From assembly GCA_963783425.1 (NCBI GenBank), contig CAWANO010000010.1, forward strand, positions 763,851-827,850: a stretch of 64,000 nt of DNA, in the 5' to 3' direction. The stretch is from an uncultured delta proteobacterium. GTDB taxonomy: Bacteria > Desulfobacterota > Desulfobacteria > Desulfobacterales > QNYZ01. Both the position numbers and the translations under genes were made by a program. This document shows, one piece after another, positions 18,429 through 31,918 of the stretch. A model generated the notes under the pieces. The model saw only the letters and a list, made by a program, of their open reading frames with translations, ran no database searches and was not told the origin of the DNA. Numbering within the stretch: position 1 is the stretch's first letter; the number at the start of each line of letters is the position of its first letter.

Positions 18429-20143
18429 TCAAGGTACTTCAGCAGACGGGCGGGTCGTCAGCATCTCATCGGCGTGGGCCAAGGTTTTGGCGGTGACCTG
18501 CTCGCCGCCGAGCATGCGGGCCAACTCGGCCACGCGCTCTTTTTTTGCAACCGCTCTATGGCGGTGACGGTGCGCCCCTTGCGGGTTGATTTGGTCACCC
18601 GTAAATGATCGTCCCCAAAGCGGGCGATTTGCGGCAAGTGGGTGATGCAGATCACCTGGTGTGTTCGGGCCAGCTGCGCCAGCTTGCGGCCCACCACTTC
18701 AGCGGTTTCGCCGCCGATACCCGCATCGACCTCATCAAATACCAGGGTCTCCAGGGCGTTGCCGGCAAGGATCGTTTTTAGCGCCAGCACCATGCGTGAC
18801 AGTTCGCCGCCGGAGGCGATGGCTGAAAGGGGCTTAAGGGCCTCACCCACATTGGGGGCGATTAAAAATCGGGCCACGTCGATACCGCTGGCGTCGGTCC
18901 GGGCCCCATCGACGGTGAGATAGACGGCGGTATCGCCATCAGCCGGGCGCGGTTTGAGCTGCACTTCGTAACGTGCTCCGGGAATGCGCAAGGCGGCCAG
19001 GGCGGCCTCCACCTGGTGGGCCAGATCCATGGCGACCGCGGCACGCCGATTGGACAACTGGCGGCACAGTTCGCTCAGACGCATGTGATCGCTTTCTAAT
19101 TGGCGTTGCAGATCGGCGATGCGTTCGGCGCTGTTTTCGGCCTGGTCCAGGGCAGCCTCGGCCGTGGCCAGGTGCGCCATAATCGTCTCGATGGTGCCGC
19201 CATATTTGCGTTTTAGCCTGGTGATCAGGTCGAGACGCGCCTCAACGGCCTCGAGTTGATGGCCATCGAGGTCGATGTCGCCGAGATAGCCCTGCAACTC
19301 CTGCACAATATCAGCGATTTCGAGGCCAACTTGCTCGATACGCTGGGCTTGCGGCTTCAAAGCCGGGTCAATCTTGGCCGCCGCCGCCAGCTGTTTGTGA
19401 GTTTGGGCCAGAAGATCCACCGTGGCGCCCTGCATGCCGTGGAGGATCTCGAGGCACTCCTGGGTCGACTGGTATCGCATCTGGGAATTTTGCAGCAGGC
19501 TGCGTTCGGCTGCCAGGCTTTCGTCCTCGCCGAGCGTCAGGGCGGCGGCCTCGATTTCGTCGCGCTCAAAGGCCAAAAGGTCCAGCTCCCGGGATCGCCC
19601 GGCCCGCATTTCGAGCAGGCGCCGCAGGTCATCCAGGGCGGGTTCGATACGCTGCAAGCACTGCGCCACTTTGCGACGTAGCGGCAGTAGATCGCCGAAC
19701 TGATCGAGAATCAATAGATGCTGGGCCTCGTCGAGCAGGCCCTGGTGAGCGTGTTGGCCGGAGATGCTTGCCAGGTGGGCGGTGATCTGGCTCAACATGT
19801 TCATGGTCACCATCTGGCCGTTTATGTATATGCGGTTGGGGCCGCTGGCGGCCACGACTCTACGGATCAGCAGGCCATCGGCCGGGTCCAAACCGTTGGC
19901 ACGCATGGCCTCGGCGGCGGTACCGGTCGGCCGCACCGAAAAGAGCGCCTGCAGCTCGGCAAATTCGGCTCCGGTGCGAATGGCTCGGGCATCGGCCCTG
20001 GCGCCCAACAGCAGGTTAACGGCCTGAATAACGATGGATTTGCCGGCGCCTGTCTCGCCGCTTAAAATGGTGAGGCCTGGTTTGAAACGGGCCTGCAGAT
20101 CGTCGATGATGGCGAAGTTGCGGATGATCAGTTCTTCGAGCAT
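18429..20143 (-). pseudogene. recN: DNA repair protein RecN, C-terminus frameshifted at an A7 run
   Basis: Start MLEELIIRNFAIIDDL...SGETGAGKS at 20143. After ...GRTVTAIERLQKK the annotated frame gives nonsense (SAWPSWPACSAAS...). Adding 1 nt in the run at 18540-18546 restores the canonical RecN tail ERVAELARMLGGEQVTAKTLAHADEML, ending at TGA 18431-18429. Confidence 0.85.
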
Positions 20144-20475
20144 TTCCAGGGGCTTTCCGCTGTTGGGGTCACATCGACCATGCCACAGCATCCCTGTTTT
20201 GTAAATCCTCTTACGGCCGACACAACAGTATTGTTTAGACCCCGGAAAAAGAGCAGTAGGTCTTCGACCTAGATTGGTCGCTGGGCAACCGCCCATAAAG
20301 TTACAATGACGTTAGATTGCGGGCTAAAGCCTTTCAATTTTGTAATATTTCTCCAGCACCCCAGGCAATTGCGCGACAGGGCAGTCACAAAAATGTGAAT
20401 TAGAGTAGAGTCAGCGTGTGTATTTAACCCACTTAGCCCCCACAGCGCTAAGGATTTGAATCGTCTATCAATCTT

Positions 20476-20491
20476 TGGTATAAATCTTGCT
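20476..20491 (+). promoter_or_regulatory. Candidate sigma-54 promoter upstream of the split glutamate synthase operon
   Basis: TGGTATAAATCTTGCT, with GG (20477-78) and GC (20489-90) in the exact -24/-12 register, about 100 nt upstream of ATG 20590. Confidence 0.45.
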
Positions 20492-20589
20492 CTATTTTTA
20501 AAAGCCGCCTGTGCGTCAAGCGGTAGCGGCCTCAGGTGAGTACTATTTAACCCAACATCAGCCGAAGCTTTATTTTAAAGGTGACAGAG

Positions 20590-21720
20590 ATGTGCCGATT
20601 GTTTGCCATTACCAGCGACGAGCCCATGTCGCCCATGCTGGCCATCAACGCCCTGGACGTCATGCGTGAGGGGCACGACGGCTCCGGTGTCGGGCTTTTT
20701 CTACGGGATTTGGGCGGCCCCTTCGATGAGATGAGAGAGGCGCCGATCCTCTCCGGGATTTTTACTGAAAACGGGCTCAAGCGCCTGGACCGGTTCATGA
20801 TGGAAAAGGGTTTCATGACCAAATACAAGCTGACCTTCAAGTTGCCCAAAAAGCCGCCCGCGGATGTGCCAAAACGCGATATTTACCTGATTCGGGCCTA
20901 TGAGTTGCCCGAGGCCTGGGAGGATCTGGACCAGGAGTTGCTTTACGATCGCATTCTGGATGTGCGCCTGCGGCTGCGACAGATGGGCGAAGAGAAAAAA
21001 GATATGATCGTCTTTTCGTTTTGGCCGGATGTGATCATGCTCAAAGAGGTTGGTGACCCACTCACCGTAGCCAAATACCTGGGGCTCGACCGCGGGGATT
21101 TAAAGGCGCGGGTGATTATGGCCCAGGGGCGTCAAAACACCAACTACGCCATCAACCTTTACGCCTGCCACCCTTTTTTCCTGCAGGGCTATTCCACCAT
21201 GACCAATGGGGAGAACACCGCCTTTATTCCCATCCGGGAGTATCTACAGTCGCGGGGTTTCCCCGGCTACACCGGCTATCAATCCGACTCGGAGGTGTTC
21301 ACCCATATTCTTCACTACACGTTGAAGCAGCTGGGCTTGGGTATCGAGGCCTACAAGCACATCATAACGCCGCTGCAGGAGCACGACCTGGCGGGGCATC
21401 CCAACAAAGCCTTTCTCAAGCACCTCAAGACCATCTGCCGACAGCTGATCATCGACGGCCCCAACTGTGTCATCGGGTGCCTGATCGACCATTCGCTTTT
21501 CATGGTCCAGGATCGCAAGAAGCTTCGCCCGGGGGTTGTGGGCGGGCGTCCGGGCTGCTTTGCCTTTTCATCGGAGATCTGCGGACTGGATGCAGCCATC
21601 CCCGACCGGGACAAAACCAAGGATTTTCAACCCATGCATTTGGACACGGTGGTTGTAGGACCCGACCGCCAGGAGATTCAGATATGCCGTCAAACCGAAA
21701 AATTACCCCCTCTACACTGA
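20590..21720 (+). CDS. Glutamate synthase, class-II glutamine amidotransferase subunit (GltB domain 1-like)
   Basis: The start MCRLFAI places the Ntn nucleophile Cys directly after Met. It also has RQNTNYAINLYACHPF and other GATase-2 features. Confidence 0.85.
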   Translation: MCRLFAITSDEPMSPMLAINALDVMREGHDGSGVGLFLRDLGGPFDEMREAPILSGIFTENGLKRLDRFMMEKGFMTKYKLTFKLPKKPPADVPKRDIYLIRAYELPEAWEDLDQELLYDRILDVRLRLRQMGEEKKDMIVFSFWPDVIMLKEVGDPLTVAKYLGLDRGDLKARVIMAQGRQNTNYAINLYACHPFFLQGYSTMTNGENTAFIPIREYLQSRGFPGYTGYQSDSEVFTHILHYTLKQLGLGIEAYKHIITPLQEHDLAGHPNKAFLKHLKTICRQLIIDGPNCVIGCLIDHSLFMVQDRKKLRPGVVGGRPGCFAFSSEICGLDAAIPDRDKTKDFQPMHLDTVVVGPDRQEIQICRQTEKLPPLH

Positions 21721-23318
21721 GCGTCAAGGACTTGCCCTGGCAGATTTTGTGGGACAAGCAAAAGTGTACACTCTGCGGCCAGTGCACGGCCGTATGTCCG
21801 GTGCAGGCCATCGAGCCGGCCGTATTTCGCAAGCGTGTGCTGCACACGCAGCTTGCCGAAAAAGCGCAGGTGGATGATCAGCACACGGTATTTTACGGCA
21901 TCCGCCAGAAGACCGACCCGGCCTATGCCTGCGTGGGCTGCGCCATGTGCAACATGGTGTGTCCCAACGACGCTGTTGTGCCAGCCCGGGCCGATGAGAT
22001 CGACAAGCTACGCTTTCATGTCAACCGCGGCGGACAGCCGCGGCGGCGCGGCGGCCGGCGCAACGACCCCACCAGCCTGCTCGACCAGATCAAGTTCGTG
22101 CGTATTTCTATGCTGACCGATCCTGCGCTGGACGCCGGGCGCCACGAATTCGAGCTGCGCACCTTGCTGGGCCGCGTGCTGCCGCCCGAGAAAAACTTGC
22201 AATTTCAGCGTGAAAACGGCTGGATTCCGCCCATCCAGGAGATCTACCCGCTGGTGATCGGCGCCATGAGCTTCGGGGCTCTTTCGCCCAACATGTGGGA
22301 GGGGCTGCAACTGGGCGTGGCCTATCTCAACGAGCAGCTCAATATGCCGGTACGCATGTGCACGGGCGAAGGTGGTTGTCCGCCGCGCCTGCTGCGGTCG
22401 CGCTTTATCAAATATGTGATCCTGCAGATCGCCAGTGGGTATTTTGGATGGGATGAAATCCTGCGGGCGATTCCCGAAATGAAGGAAGACCCCTGCGCCA
22501 TAGAGATCAAATACGGCCAGGGTGCCAAGCCCGGTGACGGCGGCCTGCTCATGTGGCACAAGGTCAATCAACTGATCGCCACCATCCGGGGGGTTCCCCA
22601 AGGGGTCAATCTGCCCAGTCCCCCCACCCATCAAACCAAGTACTCGATCGAGGAGGCGGTGGCCAAAATGATCCAGTCCATGTACATGGCCTGGGGGTTT
22701 CGGGTACCGGTCTACCCCAAGATTTCGGCCACCTCCACAGCCCTGGCGGTGCTCAACAACCTGGCCCGCAACCCCTTTGCCGCCGGTCTGGCCGTTGACG
22801 GTGAAGATGGCGGCACGGGGGCGGCCTACAATGTCTCCATGAATCACATGGGCCACCCCATCGCCAGCAATATCCGTGACGCCTACCTCAACCTGGTCAA
22901 AGTGGGCCAGCAAAACGAGATCCCGCTCTTTGCCGGCGGTGGGGTCGGCAAAAACGGTAATCTGGGGGCCAACGCGGCGGCACTGATCATGCTGGGCGCC
23001 AGCGGGATTCAGACCGGTAAATATGTGATGCAAGCGGCGGCCGGCTGCCTGGGCAGCGAGGGCGACCGCTGCAACATCTGCAACATCGGGCTGTGCCCCA
23101 AGGGCATCACCTCCCAGGATCCGAGGCTCTACCGTCGGCTCGATGTGGACGACGTGGCCCAGCGCGTGGTGGACATGTTCCTGAGCTTCGATACCGAGCT
23201 GAAAAAGATTCTGGCCCCGCTGGGGCGTTCGACCACCTTGCCGATTGGTATGTCCGATGCCCTGGGGATCGGCGACTATCACGCCGCTCAGCGGCTATCG
23301 ATACAATATGTGGTTTAG
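21684..23318 (+). CDS. Glutamate synthase FMN-binding subunit with N-terminal 2x[4Fe-4S] ferredoxin domain (GltB domain 2-like)
   Basis: True start is ATG 21684 (MPSNRK). Ferredoxin motifs CTLCGQCTAVCP and CVGCAMCNMVCP. The TIM-barrel FMN domain includes IKYGQGAKPGDGG and a GGGVG-type glycine-rich segment. Confidence 0.85.
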   Translation: MPSNRKITPSTLSVKDLPWQILWDKQKCTLCGQCTAVCPVQAIEPAVFRKRVLHTQLAEKAQVDDQHTVFYGIRQKTDPAYACVGCAMCNMVCPNDAVVPARADEIDKLRFHVNRGGQPRRRGGRRNDPTSLLDQIKFVRISMLTDPALDAGRHEFELRTLLGRVLPPEKNLQFQRENGWIPPIQEIYPLVIGAMSFGALSPNMWEGLQLGVAYLNEQLNMPVRMCTGEGGCPPRLLRSRFIKYVILQIASGYFGWDEILRAIPEMKEDPCAIEIKYGQGAKPGDGGLLMWHKVNQLIATIRGVPQGVNLPSPPTHQTKYSIEEAVAKMIQSMYMAWGFRVPVYPKISATSTALAVLNNLARNPFAAGLAVDGEDGGTGAAYNVSMNHMGHPIASNIRDAYLNLVKVGQQNEIPLFAGGGVGKNGNLGANAAALIMLGASGIQTGKYVMQAAAGCLGSEGDRCNICNIGLCPKGITSQDPRLYRRLDVDDVAQRVVDMFLSFDTELKKILAPLGRSTTLPIGMSDALGIGDYHAAQRLSIQYVV

Positions 23319-23382
23319 TGTCGGTTGCGGTTTTTCGCGTAAACTCTATCTCACGTTGCGTTATTTATAGGGAGATCATCCA

Positions 23383-25713
23383 ATGAACACCCAGCCGTAC
23401 CATGTCATCTCCGGGAGGGAAAAGGGCGAACGCCTGGCATCGCGCCTATTGGAAGAGCGCATCCAGACCGCCTTGTTGCAGGGGGTGCGCCAGCTGGAAA
23501 TCAACGCCTATGGACAACACGGTATCGGTGGCCGGCTCTGGAACAGCGGTGGTGAGGCCGTCGATGTCAAGGTAAAGGGGCATCCCGGTCAGCGTCTGGG
23601 CGCTATGGGCTATCCCAACACCCACATTGAACTGTTTGGCCCGGCTTCCGACGATGTGGGCTGGCTCAACACCGGTGCGCAGATCGTGATCCACGGCAAT
23701 GCCGGCAACGGTGTTGCCAATGCCATGGCGCAAGGCAAAATCTTCGTGGGCGGCAACATCGGCGCCCGCGGCATGACCATGACCAAGCACAACCCCCGTT
23801 TCGAGCCGCCCGAGCTGTGGGTGCTGGGCGGTGTGGGCGATTACTTCGGCGAATTCATGGCCGGGGGGGTGGCCGTGATTTGCGGGTACGAGCCTCAAAA
23901 CAGGGACAATGTGCTCGGTTATCGTCCCATAGTGGGCATGGTGGGGGGCGAGGTCTTTTTCCGGGGAAGTATCGAAGGCTACAGTGAGGCCGATGCCTTG
24001 TTGACGCCCATCTCCGATGACCAATTGGCGTGGCTCTTTGACCATTTAAAGCGGTTTCTGGATAAGGTCGGCCGTAGCGAGCTATTTAAAACGCTGGCCG
24101 TCAAGGAAGAGTGGCAGCTGATCCGCGCCCGCACCACCATGGAAAAGCGCAGCCGCTCCATGGTCTCGATGCGCGACTTTCATCACCGCGTCTGGGAAGC
24201 CGAACTGGGAACAGGCGGCTTGGTGGGAGATTTGACCGATCTCGACCGCAGTCCGATTCCCCTGGTGCCGACCGGAGAGCTGCGCCGTTTCGTGCCGGTG
24301 TGGGAAAATCGCACTTACCTGGCGCCGTGTGAAGCCACCTGCCCCAGTGGTATTCCCGTACAGCAGCGCTGGCAGTTGATTCGCGAAGGGCGTCTGGACG
24401 AGGCGGTTGATCTGGCCCTGGCCTACACCCCATTTCCGGCCGCCGTGTGCGGGTATCTGTGCCCCAATCCCTGCATGAAGGCCTGCACCAAGCAGGAAGC
24501 CCTGATGGCACCGGTCGACGTGCATCAACTGGGCCGGGCCAGTATTGGTGCCGGTGATCCGGAATTGCCGCAGATCAGCGGCAAGCGGGTGGCGGTGATC
24601 GGTGGCGGACCGGCCGGTATCTCCACGGCCTGGCAGCTGCGACTCAAGGGCCACGATGCGGTGATTTTCGATCAGGGCCAACAGCTGGGCGGCAAGGTGA
24701 CCCGTGCCATTCCTAACTTACGGATACCCGCGGAAATAGTGCAAACCGAACTGGAACGGGTGCGGCGGGTACTGCCGCATGTCGAGTTGCAGCAGAAGAT
24801 CGGGCCGGGCGCGTTTGCAAAGCTGCGGGCCGAATTCGATTTTGTGGTGGTGGCCGTGGGAGCCCAGAAGCCGCGCACCCTGCCGGTGCCGGGCGCTGAG
24901 CGTGCCATCAAGGCCTTGGACTTTTTGGCCGACGCCAAGTCGGGCAAGACGTTGCCCGGTAAGCGGGTGGTCGTTATCGGGGCGGGCAATGTGGGCTGCG
25001 ACGTGGCCGCTATGGCCCATCGCCTGGGTGCCGAGCAGATCACCCTGATCGATGTGCAACAGCCGGCCTCTTTCGGCAAGGAGCGCGAGGAGGCCGAAAA
25101 GGCGGGGGCGGTCTTCCGCTGGCCCTGCTTTACCAAAGAGGTTACCGGCCAGGGCGTGGTGCTGACCGACGGCGAACTGCTTCCGGCCGACTCGGTATAC
25201 ATCTCCATCGGTGACGCCCCCGAGCTCGATTTTCTGACCGACGACGTGCAGACCGAACAGGGCTTTATCACCGTCAACGAGTTCAATCAGACCAGCGCGC
25301 CGGCGGTGTTTGCCATCGGCGACGCCATCAAACTCGGTCTTTTGACCGACGCCATCGGCCAGGGCCGCCGGGCGGCCGAGGCTATCGACGACATTCACCA
25401 CGGCCGCCGGCCGGCCGGCCGGGCGCGCCGCGTGATCGACACACGCCGGGTGACCCTGGAATATTTCGACCCCCGCATCGTCGAATACAGCGACATGCAG
25501 AGCTGCTCGAGCAACTGTTCCTCGTGCGGCAGCTGCCGCGATTGCGAACTGTGCGTTTCGCTCTGCCCCCAGGCGGCCATCAGCCGCCAGGTGCCCGAAA
25601 CGGGCGGTTACGAATACGTGGTCAACGCCGATTTGTGCATCGGATGCGGGTTCTGCTCGGCGGTGTGTCCCTGCGGTGTTTGGAATCTGGTTGAAAACAG
25701 TTCCCTATCATAG
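23383..25713 (+). CDS. Fusion of GXGXG domain (GltB domain 3) + GltD-like NAD(P)H oxidoreductase + C-terminal 2x[4Fe-4S] ferredoxin
   Basis: N-terminal beta-helix repeats (VIHGNAGNGVANAMAQGKIFVGGNIGARG). Central GltD motifs (CPSGIPV, VAVIGGGPAGIS, VVVIGAGNVGCD). C-terminal CGSCRDCELCVSLCP / CIGCGFCSAVCP. Confidence 0.85.
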   Translation: MNTQPYHVISGREKGERLASRLLEERIQTALLQGVRQLEINAYGQHGIGGRLWNSGGEAVDVKVKGHPGQRLGAMGYPNTHIELFGPASDDVGWLNTGAQIVIHGNAGNGVANAMAQGKIFVGGNIGARGMTMTKHNPRFEPPELWVLGGVGDYFGEFMAGGVAVICGYEPQNRDNVLGYRPIVGMVGGEVFFRGSIEGYSEADALLTPISDDQLAWLFDHLKRFLDKVGRSELFKTLAVKEEWQLIRARTTMEKRSRSMVSMRDFHHRVWEAELGTGGLVGDLTDLDRSPIPLVPTGELRRFVPVWENRTYLAPCEATCPSGIPVQQRWQLIREGRLDEAVDLALAYTPFPAAVCGYLCPNPCMKACTKQEALMAPVDVHQLGRASIGAGDPELPQISGKRVAVIGGGPAGISTAWQLRLKGHDAVIFDQGQQLGGKVTRAIPNLRIPAEIVQTELERVRRVLPHVELQQKIGPGAFAKLRAEFDFVVVAVGAQKPRTLPVPGAERAIKALDFLADAKSGKTLPGKRVVVIGAGNVGCDVAAMAHRLGAEQITLIDVQQPASFGKEREEAEKAGAVFRWPCFTKEVTGQGVVLTDGELLPADSVYISIGDAPELDFLTDDVQTEQGFITVNEFNQTSAPAVFAIGDAIKLGLLTDAIGQGRRAAEAIDDIHHGRRPAGRARRVIDTRRVTLEYFDPRIVEYSDMQSCSSNCSSCGSCRDCELCVSLCPQAAISRQVPETGGYEYVVNADLCIGCGFCSAVCPCGVWNLVENSSLS

Positions 25714-25922
25714 TATGCAACCGTGCAAGTTGTTGTGGTTGGTTTGAGCTGTTCTTAGATGGCACCATTTCGCGCAGGCAGCGGCGCAACCAGGCTCGCC
25801 CTCCTTCAAAATGACATTTGCGTGCTTGCTCCACCATTTGGAATTTAATGAGTTGCGGACCCGGTCCGTTGTTGGTGTGATATCAGCCGCCATAATTTTC
25901 GCGTCATGGGGCCAGATGCCCC

Positions 25923-27098
25923 ATGGTTTCGAGGCAATATAAGGTGGATGCACTGCTGGTTTTAGAAGATGGGCGAGCCTTTGCATGCCGCTCGTTCACC
26001 GGCCCCGGCGAGGCTTGGGGTGAAATCGTTTTCAACACTTCCATGACCGGATATCAGGAAGTGCTGACCGACCCCTCCTACCGTGGCCAAATCGTCACCA
26101 TGACTTACCCCCTGGTGGGCAATTACGGCACCAACCTCGAGGATGTGGAGTCTGATCGTATCCAAGTGGCGGGTTTCGTGGTGCGCGAGTATCAGAATTT
26201 CCCAAGCAATTACCGGTCGCGTGCCTCGCTGGGCAACTATTTGCAAGAGAGCCGCATTTTGGGAGTCGACAGCCTGGATACCCGGGCGCTGACCCGACAT
26301 CTGCGCAATGCCGGTGCGATGCGGGCCGGAATCTCAACCCACAATCTCAGCCGCCAGTCGCTGCATGGAAAAGTGCTCAAGACCCCTTCGATGGCGGGAC
26401 AAAACCTGGCCACGGTGGTGAGCACCGAACAGGCTTACTTGTGGTGCGCCGCCGCGCGACAGGCGCTCACCGACCGGCAGCGCCCGCTAGGTACCGACAC
26501 CTGGCCGGCCGACGATGAGCGGCCGCGGGTGCTGGCGTTCGATTTTGGGATCAAGTATAACATTTTGCGCCAGTTGAGCGCGGCCGGGTTGCAGGTACTG
26601 GTGGTACCGGCCGACACCAGTGCCGAGACGGTAAAGGCCCTGCAACCGGACGGCATCTTTCTTTCCAACGGCCCCGGAGACCCCGAGCCGGTGGTAGCGG
26701 CCGTCGCCACCATTGAGCGACTGATCGACTACCGGCCCATGTTCGGCATCTGTCTCGGTCACCAACTGCTGGGACTGGCCCTGGGCGGCCGCACTTTCAA
26801 GCTCAAGTTCGGCCACCGCGGGGCCAACCAGCCGGTGAAAAACCTACTCAACGGACGTATCGAGATCACTTCGCAAAATCACGGTTTCGGGGTCGATGTG
26901 AACAGCATGGACCAAGGCGCGGTCGAGCTCACCCATGTCAATTTGAATGACCAGACCCTGGAGGGCTTCCGCCACCGCAAGTTGCCCCTGCTGGCCGTTC
27001 AGTATCACCCCGAGGCGTCTCCCGGGCCCCACGATGCCGATTACCTTTTTGGCATATTCAAGGATATGATCCTGACCGGAAAGCCCGCCTATGCGTGA
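25923..27098 (+). CDS. carA: Carbamoyl-phosphate synthase small (glutaminase) subunit
   Basis: ALLVLEDGRAF...TSMTGYQEVLTDPSY and the GATase-1 catalytic GICLGHQLL motif. Confidence 0.95.
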   Translation: MVSRQYKVDALLVLEDGRAFACRSFTGPGEAWGEIVFNTSMTGYQEVLTDPSYRGQIVTMTYPLVGNYGTNLEDVESDRIQVAGFVVREYQNFPSNYRSRASLGNYLQESRILGVDSLDTRALTRHLRNAGAMRAGISTHNLSRQSLHGKVLKTPSMAGQNLATVVSTEQAYLWCAAARQALTDRQRPLGTDTWPADDERPRVLAFDFGIKYNILRQLSAAGLQVLVVPADTSAETVKALQPDGIFLSNGPGDPEPVVAAVATIERLIDYRPMFGICLGHQLLGLALGGRTFKLKFGHRGANQPVKNLLNGRIEITSQNHGFGVDVNSMDQGAVELTHVNLNDQTLEGFRHRKLPLLAVQYHPEASPGPHDADYLFGIFKDMILTGKPAYA

Positions 27099-27151
27099 TT
27101 TTTCACCACGCTTAACCCATTTGCAGAGATGGATCGCATCGTCCCCTGACC

Positions 27152-30382
<3,231 letters not shown>

Positions 30383-30443
30383 TCGGATGCCACGGGATTG
30401 AGCATCGCCCTGATCGATCACTTCCAGCCCAAGGAGTACTCTG

Positions 30444-31904
30444 ATGCCCGGTAGCAAACCGGAAAGAACGTTGCCCGATGCGCCTCAACCGCCCGCTAAC
30501 TGCGAGGATCGACCGCGCGAGGCCTGCGGCCTTTTCGGCATTCAGGGGCACCCCGAAGCGTCGCGTATGACCTATTTCGGGCTCTATGCCTTGCAGCATC
30601 GTGGGCAAGAGAGCGCCGGCATCGCCACGGTGCAATCCGAGCGTGTGGTGGGATACATGAACATGGGATTGGTGCCGGACGTATTCACCGACGAGCACTT
30701 GGACACCCTGCAGGGGCTTAGCGCCGTCGGTCATGTGCGCTACTCCACCACCGGGGCATCGGTGCTCGCCAATGCCCAGCCCTTCGTGGTGCACCATCGC
30801 AAGCGCTCGTATGCGGTAGCCCACAATGGCAACCTGGTCAATGCACACCACCTCAAGGCCGAGTTGGAAGAGAGTGGCTCTATTTTTCAAACCACTCTGG
30901 ACAGCGAAGTTTTTCTGCATTTGTTAATCAAAAACCTGCACCAGGGTTTTGATCAAGCCCTTGTGGCGGCGGCCCAACGGCTACAGGGCGCCTTTTCGTT
31001 TGTCCTGCTCACCAGTGAGGGTGAAGTAGTGGGCATCAAGGACCCCACCGGTTTCAGGCCACTGTGCCTGGGGAAATTAAACGGCAGCTATGTGCTGGCA
31101 TCCGAGACCTGTGCCCTGGATCTGGTGGAGGCCAAATTCGTCAGGGAGCTGGAGCCGGGTGAAATTGTCATTATCAGCGATGAGGGGGTAAGAAGCCTCT
31201 TTATCGAAACCCCAAAACGCCGCACCTTCTGCATCTTCGAGTTCATCTATTTCGCGCGGCCCGACAGCCACTTTTTCGGCCGTAATGTCTACCTGACCCG
31301 TAAAGCGCACGGGCGTCAATTGGCCAAGGAGTCGCCGGCCGAAGCCGATTTGGTGATGCCTTTCCCCGATTCGGGCTCCTACGCTGCTCTGGGATACTCG
31401 GAGGTGTCGGGCATCCCTTTCGAGATGGGCATGATACGCAACCATTACGTGGGACGCACCTTTATTCAACCCACCCAACACATGCGCGATTTCAGCGTGC
31501 GCGTGAAGCTAAACCCCGTGCGCTCCCTGCTGGTGGGTAAGGACATCGTTATCGTGGAAGACTCCATTATCCGCGGCACCACCGTCAAGACCCGCGTCAA
31601 GGCGTTGCGTGAAATCGGGGTCAAGCGGATTCACTTGCGGGTCAGCGGTCCGCCCCATCGCTTTCCCTGCCACTACGGCATCGATTTTTCGAGTCGCGGT
31701 GAACTGATCGCCGCCAAAATGAGCGTGGCGGCGCTGGAAAAGGAGCTGGGGCTCGATTCGCTGAGGTATCTGAGCCTGGAGGGACTGCTGATGTCGACGG
31801 GGGTGGAAAACCCCCAGGATAACTTCTGCAAAGCCTGTTTTGACGGTTGCTATCCGGTTGATTTTGATCAGAATCTATCTAAGTATTGCATGGGAAAGAG
31901 GTAG
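30444..31904 (+). CDS. purF: Amidophosphoribosyltransferase
   Basis: Propeptide followed by the nucleophile CGLFGI. PRTase motif IVIVEDSIIRGTT. C-terminal Fe-S Cys ligands. Confidence 0.95.
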   Translation: MPGSKPERTLPDAPQPPANCEDRPREACGLFGIQGHPEASRMTYFGLYALQHRGQESAGIATVQSERVVGYMNMGLVPDVFTDEHLDTLQGLSAVGHVRYSTTGASVLANAQPFVVHHRKRSYAVAHNGNLVNAHHLKAELEESGSIFQTTLDSEVFLHLLIKNLHQGFDQALVAAAQRLQGAFSFVLLTSEGEVVGIKDPTGFRPLCLGKLNGSYVLASETCALDLVEAKFVRELEPGEIVIISDEGVRSLFIETPKRRTFCIFEFIYFARPDSHFFGRNVYLTRKAHGRQLAKESPAEADLVMPFPDSGSYAALGYSEVSGIPFEMGMIRNHYVGRTFIQPTQHMRDFSVRVKLNPVRSLLVGKDIVIVEDSIIRGTTVKTRVKALREIGVKRIHLRVSGPPHRFPCHYGIDFSSRGELIAAKMSVAALEKELGLDSLRYLSLEGLLMSTGVENPQDNFCKACFDGCYPVDFDQNLSKYCMGKR

Positions 31905-31918
31905 CCTTGACCGCCGCC

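Noticed and set aside
20224-20235. AACAGTATTGTT palindrome about 85 nt upstream of recN as an SOS (LexA) box
   Set aside because: It matches neither CTGT-N8-ACAG nor GAAC-N4-GTTC, and I cannot tie it to an established deltaproteobacterial LexA motif. It is too short to call.
22008-23282. 424-aa minus-strand ORF
   Set aside because: It is entirely antisense to the well-supported glutamate synthase FMN-domain gene. Its composition is Gly/Arg/His/Pro-rich and low-complexity, typical of shadow ORFs in GC-rich DNA.
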